Shown: positions 37,876 to 49,653, counted from the stretch's first letter. The stretch: DNA of 64,000 nt from an uncultured Pelagibacteraceae bacterium (GCA_902617525.1 CACMWW010000006.1:3941-67940); one strand, 5' to 3'. Program-made: numbers and translations. The notes: a model not told the origin generated them from the sequence alone.

Positions 37876-38961
37876 TTACTTTCTTCTATAAACAGATAAT
37901 TGATCACCATCTATAATTTTGGAATTAGTTAAATTAAATTTTTTTAAGTGGTATATTTCATCTATATTTAAATTTGAGATCGCATTTATACCACTATTTC
38001 CCATAATTTTACTCGCTCTAAACCAATAAATTTCATCAATTAAATTTTCTTTCAAAAGTGAAGCCGATAATGTTGCCCCTCCTTCTACTAATATTCTTGT
38101 ATAACCTAAACTAGATATTTTTTTTATAGCAGTTTTTATATCTATTTCTTTATTAACTTCCCTAGTTTTTATGTGTTCTATATTTTTTAGTTTAGGTATT
38201 CTTTTTTTAATTTTATCTGAATAAAAAATATATATTTTACGATTTTTTTGACTAAAGACTTTTAAACCTTTTTTTAAATCAAGATTTCTATCTAAAATAA
38301 ATATAGCCGGTGATCTATTACTTAATCCATCAAGCCTACAATCTAATCTAGGATCATCTTTTCTAATTGTACCAGTTCCTATGATCATGCATTCGTTTAA
38401 AGATCGTAATTTATGACCAATCATTCTCGAGGTAGAGTTAGTTATCCATTTACTTTTAAATGAATTTGTGGCTATTTTTCCATCAGCTGTTGATGCAATT
38501 TTAAGTGAAATGTATGGCTTGTTACCGATCAGTGAATTAAAAAAAATATCATTTAATTCTTTTACGCGGTCGCTAAAATTCTTTATCACTACTCTAATGC
38601 CAGCTGATTTGAGTTTCTTTACGGACCTACAATTAACTAGTGGGTTTTTATCCACTTGAGAAATAAATACTTTTGAAAATTTCAAATCTATAATTTTATT
38701 TACACAAGGAGAGGTTTTGCCCTCGTGTGAACATGGTTCTAGCGTACAGTATAAATGAGCCCCTTGAATATCCTTTTTATTCTTAACTTGATTGATTGCA
38801 TGAATTTCAGCATGAGGTATCCCTTTTGGTTGAGTCCATCCTCTTGATATTATTGAATCGTTCTTAACAATAATTGCCCCTACAGGAGGATTGGGGTAAG
38901 TTGTACCAACTGCTCTAAATGCCATTCTTTCAGCAATTTTGAAGTAATTTCTTTCACTCAA
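37876..38961 (-). CDS. ribD: bifunctional riboflavin biosynthesis deaminase/reductase
   Basis: 361 aa. Deaminase zinc motif HAEIHAI...CTLEPCSHEGKTSPC plus the C-terminal reductase domain. Confidence 0.9.
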   Translation of the reverse strand: MSERNYFKIAERMAFRAVGTTYPNPPVGAIIVKNDSIISRGWTQPKGIPHAEIHAINQVKNKKDIQGAHLYCTLEPCSHEGKTSPCVNKIIDLKFSKVFISQVDKNPLVNCRSVKKLKSAGIRVVIKNFSDRVKELNDIFFNSLIGNKPYISLKIASTADGKIATNSFKSKWITNSTSRMIGHKLRSLNECMIIGTGTIRKDDPRLDCRLDGLSNRSPAIFILDRNLDLKKGLKVFSQKNRKIYIFYSDKIKKRIPKLKNIEHIKTREVNKEIDIKTAIKKISSLGYTRILVEGGATLSASLLKENLIDEIYWFRASKIMGNSGINAISNLNIDEIYHLKKFNLTNSKIIDGDQLSVYRRK

Positions 38962-38969
38962 AATCGATC

Positions 38970-39428
38970 CTAATCTTCATTTGAAGAAATCACACCTAAA
39001 AATTCTTCAAAATCTTTTGCCTCACGGAAATTTTTGTAAACAGATGCAAAGCGAACATATGCTACTGAGTCAATACTCTGCAAACCTTCCATAACGATTT
39101 CACCAATTACATCTGATGATACTTCTGTTTCTCCTAAACTTTCAACCCTTCTAACTATGCCGCTTATCATTCTATCGACTCTTTCATTATCAACAGGTCT
39201 TTTTCTAAGAGATATTTGAACTGATCTCTCCAATTTATCGCGATCAAAAGGAACTTTTTTTCCAGATTTCTTAAGAACAGTCAGTTCCCGTAATTGAATA
39301 CGTTCAAATGTTGTAAAACGTGCACCACAAGCAGAGCAAAATCTTCTTCTTCTTATCGCAGAGTTGTCTTCAGTTGCGCGCGAGTCTTTTACTTGAGTGT
39401 CATTATTTCCACAAAATGGGCACTTCAT
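38970..39428 (-). CDS. nrdR: transcriptional repressor NrdR
   Basis: 152 aa. Zinc ribbon MKCPFCG...[17 protein letters not shown] plus an ATP-cone. Confidence 0.95.
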   Translation of the reverse strand: MKCPFCGNNDTQVKDSRATEDNSAIRRRRFCSACGARFTTFERIQLRELTVLKKSGKKVPFDRDKLERSVQISLRKRPVDNERVDRMISGIVRRVESLGETEVSSDVIGEIVMEGLQSIDSVAYVRFASVYKNFREAKDFEEFLGVISSNED

Positions 39429-39436
39429 ATTATCAC

Positions 39437-40699
39437 CTAATTATAAATCGGAAATTGATTACAAAGATTTACTACTTTTTCTTTTACTGCTTTTTCAACT
39501 TTACTATTATCGTCTGGGTTTTGTCTTAATCCTGCTAAAGTTTCAAGTATTAAATTTCCAACAGTTTCAAATTCCTTTTCCTTAAAACCTCTTGTAGTTG
39601 CTGCTGGGGTTCCTAATCTGATTCCTGATGTTATTTTTGGCGGTTTTGGATCCTTGGGTATTCCATTTTTATTACAGGTAATATGTGCTTCCTCAAGACT
39701 AGTAGAAGCAGCGTCACCTGTTAGGTCCATTGGGGTTAAATCAACCAATATTAAGTGTGTATCTGTACCACCTGAAACAATTTTAAGACCACCTTGTACT
39801 AGCGTCTGACTAAGAATTTGGGCGTTTTTTATAACTTGTTTTATGTATTCTTTGAATTCTGGCTTTAATGCTTCACCAAAGGCAACGGCCTTACCTGCAA
39901 TCACGTGCATTAAGGGTCCGCCTTGATATCCTGGGAATACAGCTGAATTAAACTTCTTACCTAAGTCAGTGTTATTAGAAAGTATCATCCCTCCTCTCGC
40001 GCCCCTTATAGTTTTATGCGTTGTAGATGTGACAACATCTGCAAATTTAAGGGGGTTCGGATACTCTTCAGCCGCAACTAAGCCTGAAAAGTGAGCCATA
40101 TCTACATGAAGAAATGCACCAACCATATCACAAATTTCACGAAATCTCTTAAAATCTATAATTCTCGAGTAAGCGCTACCTCCTGCAATTATTATTTTAG
40201 GCTTATGTTCTTTTGCGAGAGTTTCAACTTCATCATAATTAATTAGCCCCTCATCATCTAAACCATACTGAACTGCATTGAACCATTTTCCTGACATAGA
40301 AGGAGCTGACCCATGAGTTAAATGTCCACCAGCATCTAAACTCATTCCTAGGATAGTATCCCCTGGTTTTATAAGAGCTAACATAACCGCTCCATTGGCC
40401 TGTGCTCCTGAATGAGGTTGAACATTAGCATATTCACATTTATAGAGTTTTTTTAGTCTCTGAATTGCAAGGTCCTCAGCAATATCAACAAATTCACAGC
40501 CTCCATAATAACGGGCAGTTGCATACCCTTCTGCATATTTATTTGTTAATACAGATCCTTGAGCTTCTAAGACGGCTTTTGAAACTATATTTTCAGATGC
40601 AATTAACTCAATCTGATTTTGTTGTCTTGAAAGTTCTTTGTTTATTGCTTCATGAATTTCGTTATCGATTTCTTGAAGTGGAGATGAAAAAAAAGTCAT
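39437..40699 (-). CDS. glyA: serine hydroxymethyltransferase
   Basis: 420 aa. ..LIASENIVS.., PLP lysine in [14 protein letters not shown]. Confidence 0.95.
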   Translation of the reverse strand: MTFFSSPLQEIDNEIHEAINKELSRQQNQIELIASENIVSKAVLEAQGSVLTNKYAEGYATARYYGGCEFVDIAEDLAIQRLKKLYKCEYANVQPHSGAQANGAVMLALIKPGDTILGMSLDAGGHLTHGSAPSMSGKWFNAVQYGLDDEGLINYDEVETLAKEHKPKIIIAGGSAYSRIIDFKRFREICDMVGAFLHVDMAHFSGLVAAEEYPNPLKFADVVTSTTHKTIRGARGGMILSNNTDLGKKFNSAVFPGYQGGPLMHVIAGKAVAFGEALKPEFKEYIKQVIKNAQILSQTLVQGGLKIVSGGTDTHLILVDLTPMDLTGDAASTSLEEAHITCNKNGIPKDPKPPKITSGIRLGTPAATTRGFKEKEFETVGNLILETLAGLRQNPDDNSKVEKAVKEKVVNLCNQFPIYN

Positions 40700-40703
40700 A
40701 TAA

Positions 40704-41141
40704 TTATCCTATTTTATTTATTCTAACAGCGTGTCGACTGCCTTCAAAGTCGGTATTTAAGAACGTTTCAACTAGACTTAAGGCTGTAGCTTCATCTATA
40801 ACACGTGCGCCTAAAGTCAAAATATTTGCATCATTATGTTCCCTAGCTAATTTTGTGACCTCACTGTTATAACAAAGAGCAGCTCTAATCCCAGGTTTTT
40901 TATTTGCTGCCATTGCCATCCCTTGGCCAGTTCCACAAACTAATACGCCTTTATGAGCTTTTTCATTTAAAATATCATTTGTAACTTTTGAAGCGTAGTC
41001 AGGATAATCTACTGGATCTTTTTTATCTGGTCCTCTATCAATAACGTCAACTCCACAATCTAAAAGACGTTTAATTATTTGATCTTTTAGATCAAAACCT
41101 GCATGGTCTGAAGCAATAGATACTTTAGTTTGTTCATTCAT
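40704..41141 (-). CDS. rpiB: ribose 5-phosphate isomerase B
   Basis: 145 aa. ..[11 protein letters not shown].., [15 protein letters not shown]. Confidence 0.9.
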   Translation of the reverse strand: MNEQTKVSIASDHAGFDLKDQIIKRLLDCGVDVIDRGPDKKDPVDYPDYASKVTNDILNEKAHKGVLVCGTGQGMAMAANKKPGIRAALCYNSEVTKLAREHNDANILTLGARVIDEATALSLVETFLNTDFEGSRHAVRINKIG

Positions 41142-41196
41142 ATAGGATATTATTAAACTAATTATACTAAATCTTGTATATAAAAAAATACAATAA

Positions 41197-41946
41197 TTAA
41201 TTCCAAAGAGACTTTTTTTGTAAGACTTTTTTTAATGTTGTCGGTTTATCTGTCATAATACCGTCGACATTTATATTTATTAGATCTATCATCTGGTTTT
41301 CATCATTAATTGTCCAAACATGTATTTTTTTTCCAAGACTATGAACATGCTCGACTAGATTACTGGTAACAATTCTTAAGCCCATATATGTCATAGGTAT
41401 TTGAAGACATGGAATGCTATTATCATAGATAGAAAAAAATCTATTAAGAAAAAATAATATGGTCTCACTCTTAGTCATGGATGAACATAGATTATCTTTA
41501 AACTCATTTCTCAAAATATCTATTTTAGTATTACTAAATGAACCAATACATATCCTGTCAATATTTTTCATAGATTTTAATTTATCTTTCAATAAGTGTG
41601 CTGACTTTAAACTTTTGGGTTCAATATTAAAATTTATCTCAGGCCAAGAAGATAGAGCCTCGTCAAGTAATGGGATTGTATGCGTCTCAAAAATTTTTAT
41701 TTTTTTTAACTCTTCATAATTTAAATTTTCTATTTTTGCATCGATACCAAGAATTCTTTTTAAATCTGGATCATGAAATATTATTAACTTATTATCTTTT
41801 GTATGCCTCACATCTGTTTCGATGTACCGATATCCTAAATTAATTGAATTATTGAATGCATCTAGAGTATTTTCACAAAAATCATAGGAACCACCACGAT
41901 GTGCGAATGGTATAAAATTATAATTGTCTAAAAATTTAAAAGACAT
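41197..41946 (-). CDS. glycerophosphodiester phosphodiesterase family protein
   Basis: 249 aa. GDPD motifs FAHRGG and IETDVRHTKDNKLIIFHD. Confidence 0.8.
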   Translation of the reverse strand: MSFKFLDNYNFIPFAHRGGSYDFCENTLDAFNNSINLGYRYIETDVRHTKDNKLIIFHDPDLKRILGIDAKIENLNYEELKKIKIFETHTIPLLDEALSSWPEINFNIEPKSLKSAHLLKDKLKSMKNIDRICIGSFSNTKIDILRNEFKDNLCSSMTKSETILFFLNRFFSIYDNSIPCLQIPMTYMGLRIVTSNLVEHVHSLGKKIHVWTINDENQMIDLININVDGIMTDKPTTLKKVLQKKSLWN

Positions 41947-41960
41947 ATATATACTGAATT

Positions 41961-42728
41961 ATGTTATTTAATTTTATAACTATATTAGGCTTCAATTTTG
42001 TCGTCATCACTATTTTGTGGATATCTTCCCTAAAAACTAGAAGAGCAGATTTTATAGATATTTACTGGGGCCCTAGTTTCTTTTTTTCATTTCTGTTGTC
42101 TCTGATAATAAATAATTCATTTTCTATGACTGAAATAATATGCTTATTTCTGATAACAATATGGGGTTTTAGGCTTGGTATCTATCTTTTAATTAGAAAC
42201 GTTAATAAGACTGAGGATATTAGATATGTTAAAATTAGAGAAGCTAGAGGTGATATTGGTCTTTATTTAACGGCTTACTTAATCCAAATAATTTTAATTC
42301 CAATTATATCATTGCCCCTGATCAGCATTTTAGACACTAGTATTGATCTAAGTTTTGTCCATTGGGTAGGTATATTGATAGCACTTTCTGGAATTCTTAT
42401 TGAAACGATAGCTGATATACAATTATCCAAATTTAAATTAAATCAAAATAATATTAATAAAGTTATGGATAAAGGACTTTGGTATTACTCAAGACACCCT
42501 AATTATTTCGGAGATAGTCTATTTTGGTGGGGTATTACAATTTACTGTTTTGCATTATCAAAAAATTTATTAATTTTTATTGCTCCAATAATAATGACTT
42601 ACTTGTTACTAAGGGTTTCTGGTGTGACTATGTTAGAAAATAGATTGTCAAAAAAGAAGGATGGCTATACCAAGTATATAAACTCTACTAGCTCTTTTAT
42701 AATATTACCAAAGAAAAAATCTAAATGA
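41961..42728 (+). CDS. DUF1295 / steroid 5-alpha-reductase-like membrane protein
   Basis: 255-aa polytopic protein. C-terminal YSRHPNYFGDSLFWWG is typical of DUF1295. Confidence 0.7.
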   Translation: MLFNFITILGFNFVVITILWISSLKTRRADFIDIYWGPSFFFSFLLSLIINNSFSMTEIICLFLITIWGFRLGIYLLIRNVNKTEDIRYVKIREARGDIGLYLTAYLIQIILIPIISLPLISILDTSIDLSFVHWVGILIALSGILIETIADIQLSKFKLNQNNINKVMDKGLWYYSRHPNYFGDSLFWWGITIYCFALSKNLLIFIAPIIMTYLLLRVSGVTMLENRLSKKKDGYTKYINSTSSFIILPKKKSK

Positions 42729-43732
42729 GCGTATCAAAACTTAAATATCCAAAAAATAGATTGCGACGAACTCGTCAAGCTAAATGGGTTAGAAACATTA
42801 CTCAAGAGAGCATGCTTAGTTCAAATGATTTAGTATGGCCAGTTTTTGTATGTGAAGGAAACAATATCAAAGATGAAATTCAATCAATGCCTAATGTTTA
42901 TAGGTATTCGATAGACAATTTAAATGAGGTCTATGATATTGCCAGCGAACAAAAAATAAATCTTATAGCTTTATTCCCGTTCACGCCTCAAGAGTTAAAA
43001 ACAAAATATGGGGATGAAGCACTAAATCCAGATAATTTAGTTTGCAGGTCTCTTGAAAAGCTTAAAAGTAATAAGTCTGACTTTGGTATTATGTGCGATG
43101 TTGCATTAGATCCATATACAGATCATGGCCATGATGGATTATTAAGCGATGAAGGCAGGATTCTAAACGACGAAACTAATGGTGTTTTAGTTAAACAATC
43201 TATCCTGCTTGCTGAAAATGGCGCAGATATAATTGCCCCTTCAGATATGATGGATGGTAGAATTGGCATGATTAGAGACGAGTTAGAAAAAAATAAATTT
43301 GTGGATACTCTCATTTTGTCTTATGCAGCAAAATATTCATCAAGCATGTATGCGCCATTTAGAGATGCTGTTGGCTCATCCAAGAATTTAAAGACAGATA
43401 AAAAAACTTACCAGATGAATATATTGAATTCTGATGAAGCAATCAGGGAGGCATCAATGGACATAGCTGAAGGGGCCGATATGATAATGGTAAAGCCTGG
43501 AATTAGCTATTTGGACATCATATACAGAATTAAGAATGAACTTAAGTATCCCACATTTGCCTATCAAGTTTCAGGTGAGTACTCACTCATTAAATTCGGA
43601 TCACAACAAGGTATAATTAACGAAGAAACTATGGTTATAGAACAATTGTCTTCATTCAAAAGAGCAGGAGCAGATGCAATAATTACTTATTATGCGCCTG
43701 AAGTTTCAAAATTTTTAAAACTAATTGATTAA
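42725..43732 (+). CDS. hemB: porphobilinogen synthase (Asp-rich, non-zinc type)
   Basis: 335 aa. RLRRTRQ.., the metal-site segment CDVALDPYTDHGHDG (DxALDxY type rather than the Cys-rich Zn type), active-site MVKPG. Confidence 0.92.
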   Translation: MSVSKLKYPKNRLRRTRQAKWVRNITQESMLSSNDLVWPVFVCEGNNIKDEIQSMPNVYRYSIDNLNEVYDIASEQKINLIALFPFTPQELKTKYGDEALNPDNLVCRSLEKLKSNKSDFGIMCDVALDPYTDHGHDGLLSDEGRILNDETNGVLVKQSILLAENGADIIAPSDMMDGRIGMIRDELEKNKFVDTLILSYAAKYSSSMYAPFRDAVGSSKNLKTDKKTYQMNILNSDEAIREASMDIAEGADMIMVKPGISYLDIIYRIKNELKYPTFAYQVSGEYSLIKFGSQQGIINEETMVIEQLSSFKRAGADAIITYYAPEVSKFLKLID

Positions 43733-44584
43733 ACGTTTTATTAAACTTGACGTATCTAGTTTATTTCCGCCTAAATCTTGAATATCCCTATAGAATTTAT
43801 CGACAATTTTAGTCACCTCTAAATTAATGCCATGTGTATCTGCTTCTGCAAATGCAATTGAAAGATCTTTTCTCATTAAATCAACTGCAAAACCAAAGTC
43901 GAATTTTCCCGCTACCATTGATTTAAAACGATTATCCATTTGCCATGATTGTGCTGCGCCTGATGAAATTACTTCCAATACATCATCAGGGTTTAAATGG
44001 GTCTGCTTCATAAAATAAATAGACTCTGATAAGCCTTGAACTAGTCCTGCAATACAAATTTGATTAATTATTTTCGTTAGCTGACCAGATCCTGAAGCAC
44101 CCATATATTTTATTTTTTTTCCATATGATCCTAATATTTCAATACTTCTTTCATATGCCTTCTCTGAACCTCCAATCATTATACTTAATTGGCCTTTTTC
44201 CGCTCCCGCTTGTCCACCTGATATTGGGGCATCAAGGAAACTAACACCTAAATTTTCTAAGTTTTTTTCTACTTCTCTTACAATTCTTGGTGATACAGTT
44301 GAATGATCAATGAATATTGACTTTTCTTTAAGAGAGTTTATGCACCCTTTATCTATTGAGGTTATTTCTTTTAAATCTTCATCGTTGCCTACACACGAAA
44401 TAATATAATCATATTTTTGATTAGTTTCTGATAATTTATCAATAACTTTCCCTTTATAATTTTTGATCCAATTATCACATTTACTTTTTGTGCGATTATA
44501 AATAGAAACATCATATTTTTTTGATAGGTAGCCAGCCATTGGAGAGCCCATTTTCCCAATCCCTATAAAAAGAATTTTATACAT
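43721..44584 (-). CDS. NAD(P)-dependent 3-hydroxyisobutyrate dehydrogenase-family oxidoreductase
   Basis: 287 aa. N-terminal Rossmann FIGIGKMGSPMAGYL; the HIBADH/6PGDH NAD-binding plus helical domain pattern. Confidence 0.75.
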   Translation of the reverse strand: MYKILFIGIGKMGSPMAGYLSKKYDVSIYNRTKSKCDNWIKNYKGKVIDKLSETNQKYDYIISCVGNDEDLKEITSIDKGCINSLKEKSIFIDHSTVSPRIVREVEKNLENLGVSFLDAPISGGQAGAEKGQLSIMIGGSEKAYERSIEILGSYGKKIKYMGASGSGQLTKIINQICIAGLVQGLSESIYFMKQTHLNPDDVLEVISSGAAQSWQMDNRFKSMVAGKFDFGFAVDLMRKDLSIAFAEADTHGINLEVTKIVDKFYRDIQDLGGNKLDTSSLIKRLIN

Positions 44585-45866
44585 TGAAAATATCCATCAT
44601 TCTTTGCATAGAGCTTATGGTTACAAGCAAAGGCATCCTAAATAATCTTCCTCCAGGAAAATTTTTGTGTTTAATCTTTTCAAATGCCTCGAGCTCCTTT
44701 GTTTTTTCACTTACCATATTTTCTGCTAAAATCTTTCCAGCAATTCCAGTTAATGCAACTCCATGTCCTGAGAAGCCTTGGGCATAATAAATTTTATCAT
44801 TCACCATCCCAATGTCAGGCACTCTATTCATTGTTAAAGCTATTAATCCACCCCAGATATAGTCAATTTTTAATTCACTTAAATTTGGATACACTTTATT
44901 TAATTGCCTCTTGGTTCTTTTTTTTAATCCCTCTACAATCCTTAGTGAATAGCCTACTGCGCCACCAAATATCATTCTCTTGCTGTCAGATAATCTATAA
45001 TAATTTAAATCAAAATTTGTATCACTGACGCAATAATCATTTGGCAGTATTTCTCTCTGTAAATTTTGACTTAATGGCTCAGTGCAGACAATATAAGTAG
45101 CACATGGCATTATTCTATTTTCAATACCTAAATTTAGACCTTTTATATAGGCGTTGCAACATACTGCTATTTTTTTAGCTTTTACCATCCCTCTATCTGT
45201 AAGAACCTCAACCGCATGACTTGTTTGATTAATCTTAGTAACCACAGATCTTTCATAGAGTTTTACATTTAATTTTTCTGCCGCTTTTACCAAACCCAAT
45301 GCATATTTAATTGGATGTAAATGTCCCGCCCCTTTATCAAGGACACCCCCGTAGTAAAGTGATGAACCAATTTCTTTATCAACACTATTTTTGTCAAGGA
45401 GTTCTAAATTATTATAGTTGTATGTTTTTATTTTATACTTTCTATTTTCTTCATACTCTCTAAGTTTTGCCGCGCTAGTAGCAGCACTAATTCCACCATT
45501 TTTTTTATCACATTCAATGCTAAATTCCCTTATTCTGTCATCAATTAAATCGACAGAAGCTTGAGATATATCCCAGATTTGCCTAGCAAGTTTAATTCCA
45601 TATTTCTTCTCAATTACGTCTATACCCCATGATACGTCATTCCAGATTTGGCCTCCATTTCTGCCCGAAGCGCCCCATCCAAATAAATTTTGCTCAATTA
45701 CAATTACCTTTAGTCCTTTTTTTGCAGCCTCAATAGCTGTTGATAATCCTGAAAAGCCTCCGCCGACTACACAGATGTCACACTCATGATTATCAATTAG
45801 TTGATCATAGGGTTTCTTTAGGGTCTCTATATTTTGTGCATAGTAACTGTCTGGATAGTTTTCCAT
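44577..45866 (-). CDS. FAD-dependent (DAO-family) oxidoreductase, PuuB-like
   Basis: 429 aa. FAD fold DICVVGGGFSGLSTAIEAAKKGLKVIVIE. Length and layout resemble gamma-glutamylputrescine oxidoreductase-type enzymes. Substrate unknown. Confidence 0.7.
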   Translation of the reverse strand: MENYPDSYYAQNIETLKKPYDQLIDNHECDICVVGGGFSGLSTAIEAAKKGLKVIVIEQNLFGWGASGRNGGQIWNDVSWGIDVIEKKYGIKLARQIWDISQASVDLIDDRIREFSIECDKKNGGISAATSAAKLREYEENRKYKIKTYNYNNLELLDKNSVDKEIGSSLYYGGVLDKGAGHLHPIKYALGLVKAAEKLNVKLYERSVVTKINQTSHAVEVLTDRGMVKAKKIAVCCNAYIKGLNLGIENRIMPCATYIVCTEPLSQNLQREILPNDYCVSDTNFDLNYYRLSDSKRMIFGGAVGYSLRIVEGLKKRTKRQLNKVYPNLSELKIDYIWGGLIALTMNRVPDIGMVNDKIYYAQGFSGHGVALTGIAGKILAENMVSEKTKELEAFEKIKHKNFPGGRLFRMPLLVTISSMQRMMDIFNV

Positions 45867-45884
45867 ATAAAACTAAGATAGATA

Positions 45885-48089
45885 TTAAATTTTGGAATGT
45901 AAACTTTTAGGTTCAATTTTACCAGCATGAGCTCTTTTACCCAGCCATTTTTTTATTTCATTGGCCTCCAAAAGAGTTTTACCATTATTCTCATTTAAAA
46001 TACCTTCCTTAGAGTCAAAGCAAATACTGCTCAAAGTTTTTCCACTTTTGAATTTCTGTAATGTCACGCCTCTTCCTTTTTGCATTAAAGGTATTTCTGA
46101 ATTATCAAAAATTAGAAGTTTTACCGCTTTCTTTTCTCCACTAAAAACAGCTATTAAATCTCCTTTTTTTTGAAAACAAGAGATGGCTTTTTCATTACCT
46201 TTTAAATTCATAACCCTTTTTCCAGATTTAGTAGACGCCATTAAATCTGAGGTATTTACGAAAAATCCCTTACCTGCACTACTGGTAATTAGATATTCCT
46301 TATCTTGCACATAAGAAGTTGCAAATAAAATTTCTTCATTGTCATTTTTATCTATCAATAGACTGACAGGATCGCCAAAACCTCTTCCTGCAGATATTTT
46401 ATTACAATTAATTGTATAAAATTTACCTAAAGTAGAAAAAAGCAGAAGTTTACTATTATTTTTTAATTTTATAATAAATTTCTCAGTATCTCCTTCTTTA
46501 TACTTCACGTTTGTATAATCATCCTGATGTCCTTTTATGGTTTTTATCCATCCATTTTTTGAGAGTATCACTGTAATGGGATCTTTACTTTCAAATTCTT
46601 CAGTCGAGTAGTCAATTTCTTTATATTCTGTATTAACAACAGTTTTTCTATTTGTAGTATTTTCATCTTTTGAAAATATTTCTAAACTTTTTGTGAACTC
46701 TAAATTTAATTCCTTTATTTGCTCTTTTTTTGATTTTAGTAGTTTGTTTAATTCTTTCTTGTATGTATTCAAATCTTCATTTTCTTTTTTAATTTCTTTT
46801 TCTTCTAATTTTTTTAATTGCCTTAGCCTCATTGCCAATATTGCTTCGGCTTGCCTCTTATTTATTCTAAATACGCTAATCAACTTTTTCTCAGGATCTG
46901 CTTCTTTTCTAATAATTTTAATTACTTTGTTTAAATTTTTATAAACTATTAAAAAACCTTTGAGTATTTCAAGCCTATTCTCAGTTTGAATTAATCGATA
47001 CTTTGTTCTTCTTTTTAAAACATTAAACCGATGGTCAATAAATGATTTTAGGCTCTCTTTAAGTGAAAATAATTTTGGCTCGAGTTTGTGATTGATTGCA
47101 TTAAAATTGATGGCGTATCTAATTTCTAAATCTGAATTCTTACATAAGTCCTCAAAAATTACTTCAGCTTTAAAACTTCTATTTTTTGGAATAAGAACTA
47201 TTCTGATGTCTTCTGCAGACTCATCTTGAATTGCCTCTAGGTAATTTGCTTTCTTATTATCAATAAGATCAGATATTTTTTCTATAATTCTGGCTTTATT
47301 TACTTGATAGGGAATTTCATAAACGATAATTTGATATTGACCTCTTCCAAGGTCTTCTTTTTTCCATCTTGCCCGAAGCCTTATTGTTCCCTTTCCTTTG
47401 ACATAGGCATCTTTCAATGCATCATCACTATCAATGATTTCTCCACCTGTTGGAAAATCTGGTCCTGGAATAAGCTTTTGTAATTGTGAGTTAGTATAAT
47501 TTGGATTTTTTAATAATTTTGATAAAGCCTGAAACAATTCATTGATGTTATGGGGAGGAATATTTGTCGCCATTCCAACTGCAATTCCTGAACTTCCATT
47601 AGCTAGCAAATTTGGAAACGCTGATGGAAGAACTATTGGCTCGTGATCGATGCCATCATATGTATTAATATAATCAATGGTATCCTCTGATATATCTTTT
47701 AGCATTAGCTCTGCTAACGCAGTCAATCTTGCCTCTGTATATCTCATTGCAGCTGCATTATCTCCATCAATGTTGCCAAAATTTCCTTGGCCATCAACTA
47801 ACGGATACCTTGTTGAAAAATTCTGAGCCAATCTCACGAGTGCTTCATAAACAGACTGATCTCCGTGTGGGTGAAATTTACCAATTACATCGCCAACTAT
47901 TCTTGCTGATTTCTTAAAACCAGAACTTGAGTTTAACCTTAATTGAAACATTGCAAACAATAGCCTTCTATGAACCGGCTTTAGCCCATCACGAATATCT
48001 GGTAGCGCTCGATGAGTAATTGTTGAAAGTGCGTATGCTAGATACTTTTCTTCTAACGCGTCAGTAAAGTTAATGTTTTTGATTTTCAT
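45885..48089 (-). CDS. parC: DNA topoisomerase IV subunit A
   Basis: 734 aa. [18 protein letters not shown], catalytic Tyr region [10 protein letters not shown]. The short C-terminal domain fits ParC rather than GyrA. Confidence 0.82.
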   Translation of the reverse strand: MKIKNINFTDALEEKYLAYALSTITHRALPDIRDGLKPVHRRLLFAMFQLRLNSSSGFKKSARIVGDVIGKFHPHGDQSVYEALVRLAQNFSTRYPLVDGQGNFGNIDGDNAAAMRYTEARLTALAELMLKDISEDTIDYINTYDGIDHEPIVLPSAFPNLLANGSSGIAVGMATNIPPHNINELFQALSKLLKNPNYTNSQLQKLIPGPDFPTGGEIIDSDDALKDAYVKGKGTIRLRARWKKEDLGRGQYQIIVYEIPYQVNKARIIEKISDLIDNKKANYLEAIQDESAEDIRIVLIPKNRSFKAEVIFEDLCKNSDLEIRYAINFNAINHKLEPKLFSLKESLKSFIDHRFNVLKRRTKYRLIQTENRLEILKGFLIVYKNLNKVIKIIRKEADPEKKLISVFRINKRQAEAILAMRLRQLKKLEEKEIKKENEDLNTYKKELNKLLKSKKEQIKELNLEFTKSLEIFSKDENTTNRKTVVNTEYKEIDYSTEEFESKDPITVILSKNGWIKTIKGHQDDYTNVKYKEGDTEKFIIKLKNNSKLLLFSTLGKFYTINCNKISAGRGFGDPVSLLIDKNDNEEILFATSYVQDKEYLITSSAGKGFFVNTSDLMASTKSGKRVMNLKGNEKAISCFQKKGDLIAVFSGEKKAVKLLIFDNSEIPLMQKGRGVTLQKFKSGKTLSSICFDSKEGILNENNGKTLLEANEIKKWLGKRAHAGKIEPKSLHSKI

Positions 48090-48808
48090 TTTATAATTGA
48101 AATTTTTAGATGATTCCTGCTTTTTGGGAAATTAAGATTATTTGGCTCATAAAATCTCTTACGAAAAAAATGCTCTGTCAGACTAAGTGCATTCTCTAAA
48201 TCCTCATTATTATATTCAGACGATCTGTTAATTAAAAAGTTGGGTAGTTTAAATAGTTTATCTTTATATGATCCTGCTCCTTCTATGGTTACAGCCCTTC
48301 CACTACTTGGGGAAACAAACTTTAAATTTTCTTTGTCAGATGTTACTGCGCATTCAGTTAAATCTAGCCCATAACCGATATCTGACAGTAAATCAATTTC
48401 CCAAAAAATATAACTTTTGATCCAATCTTCTTTATTTTTACATATATCTTTTATTAGACTTAGTGACTTTTCATACATAAAGGCATTTTGCTGCTTCTCT
48501 GCCATAGTAGATATAATTATTGAACAAATAGAATTTATGCCATGCAAATTAACTTTATGATTCAGTATATAAGATGACCACAATTTAATAGGTTCAACAG
48601 TATAATTACCCAAGTGGCTTTCTAGACGTCCAGACCAATTTAACATTACTTCATTTCCTGGCTCTATTACTGCACGTAAGTTTTTTGAGTGTATTCCTCT
48701 AATTAATCCCTTATGCCTTCCATGGTCTTCTGTAAACGCATCTAAAATATAAGATGACTCATTATATTTTTTAAATCCTAATACAAATCCTGTTCCAGAC
48801 CACCTCAT
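48086..48808 (-). CDS. recO: DNA repair protein RecO
   Basis: 240 aa. OB-fold N-terminus. Conserved position after era. 4-nt overlaps on both sides. Confidence 0.75.
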   Translation of the reverse strand: MRWSGTGFVLGFKKYNESSYILDAFTEDHGRHKGLIRGIHSKNLRAVIEPGNEVMLNWSGRLESHLGNYTVEPIKLWSSYILNHKVNLHGINSICSIIISTMAEKQQNAFMYEKSLSLIKDICKNKEDWIKSYIFWEIDLLSDIGYGLDLTECAVTSDKENLKFVSPSSGRAVTIEGAGSYKDKLFKLPNFLINRSSEYNNEDLENALSLTEHFFRKRFYEPNNLNFPKSRNHLKISIIK

Positions 48809-49653
48809 ATTTTCTTTTCTTTAGCTAGCTTTACAAATAAAAATAGGTGAATCTTTTTGTTTTCAAATCTTGCAATTTCTTTTCTTGAAGCTTGACCAAT
48901 TTCTTTTAACATTAAACCTTTCTTTCCAACAAGTATATTCTTATGTGATTGTCTTTTAACTACAATCGATTGATATATTTTGATTTGACTTGCAACCTTA
49001 TTAATCTTTTCAGTTACGACATCACACTGATAAGGTATCTCTCTATGTATCTTATCTAGTATTTTTTCTCGTGTTACTTCTGAGTAAAATAGCTTCTTCT
49101 TAATCTGTATATTGCTAGAAGGCTTGCTTTTTATTGAATTTTTAATAGTAAATTTCTTTGAAAATTTTATGAGATTTGCAACTCCTTCACCTGTGAGACT
49201 TGAGATTGGAAATATTTCATTAAATATTTTTTCTTTTGAATAAATTTTAATTGCGCTAAGTACTTTACCTTTCTTAACTTTGTCTATTTTATTTAGTATT
49301 AGAAATACATGCTGTTTTTCAATTTTATTTTCTAGAGAGTTAATAATTTTTTTATATTCATTATTAATTCTTAGCGAAATATCTACGACAACGTAAATTA
49401 AATCTGAAGTCTCAATTTCCGCAAGAGGAGATGAAATGATATTATTATTAATTTTTTTTCTACTCGAAAAAAAACCAGGAGTATCTTGGATAACAAATTC
49501 GTTTTCAGAAAATTTCTTATAGACCTTTTGATTAAATGTAGTTGACTGTTTTTTCCTTGATACAAGCGATACCCGCTGTCCCATTATTTTATTAACAAGA
49601 GATGACTTTCCAGAATTTGTTGGCCCAATTAATAAAATGTTTCCACTCTTCAT
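48805..49653 (-). CDS. era: GTPase Era
   Basis: 282 aa. G1 GPTNSGKSSL, G3 DTPG, G4 NKID, C-terminal KH domain. Confidence 0.9.
   Translation of the reverse strand: MKSGNILLIGPTNSGKSSLVNKIMGQRVSLVSRKKQSTTFNQKVYKKFSENEFVIQDTPGFFSSRKKINNNIISSPLAEIETSDLIYVVVDISLRINNEYKKIINSLENKIEKQHVFLILNKIDKVKKGKVLSAIKIYSKEKIFNEIFPISSLTGEGVANLIKFSKKFTIKNSIKSKPSSNIQIKKKLFYSEVTREKILDKIHREIPYQCDVVTEKINKVASQIKIYQSIVVKRQSHKNILVGKKGLMLKEIGQASRKEIARFENKKIHLFLFVKLAKEKKI

Noticed and set aside
38962-38969. FMN riboswitch upstream of the riboflavin operon
   Set aside because: Only 8 nt separate nrdR and ribD, and all rib-gene junctions are 12 nt or less, so there is no room for an RFN element. The rib genes appear to be co-transcribed with glyA-nrdR.
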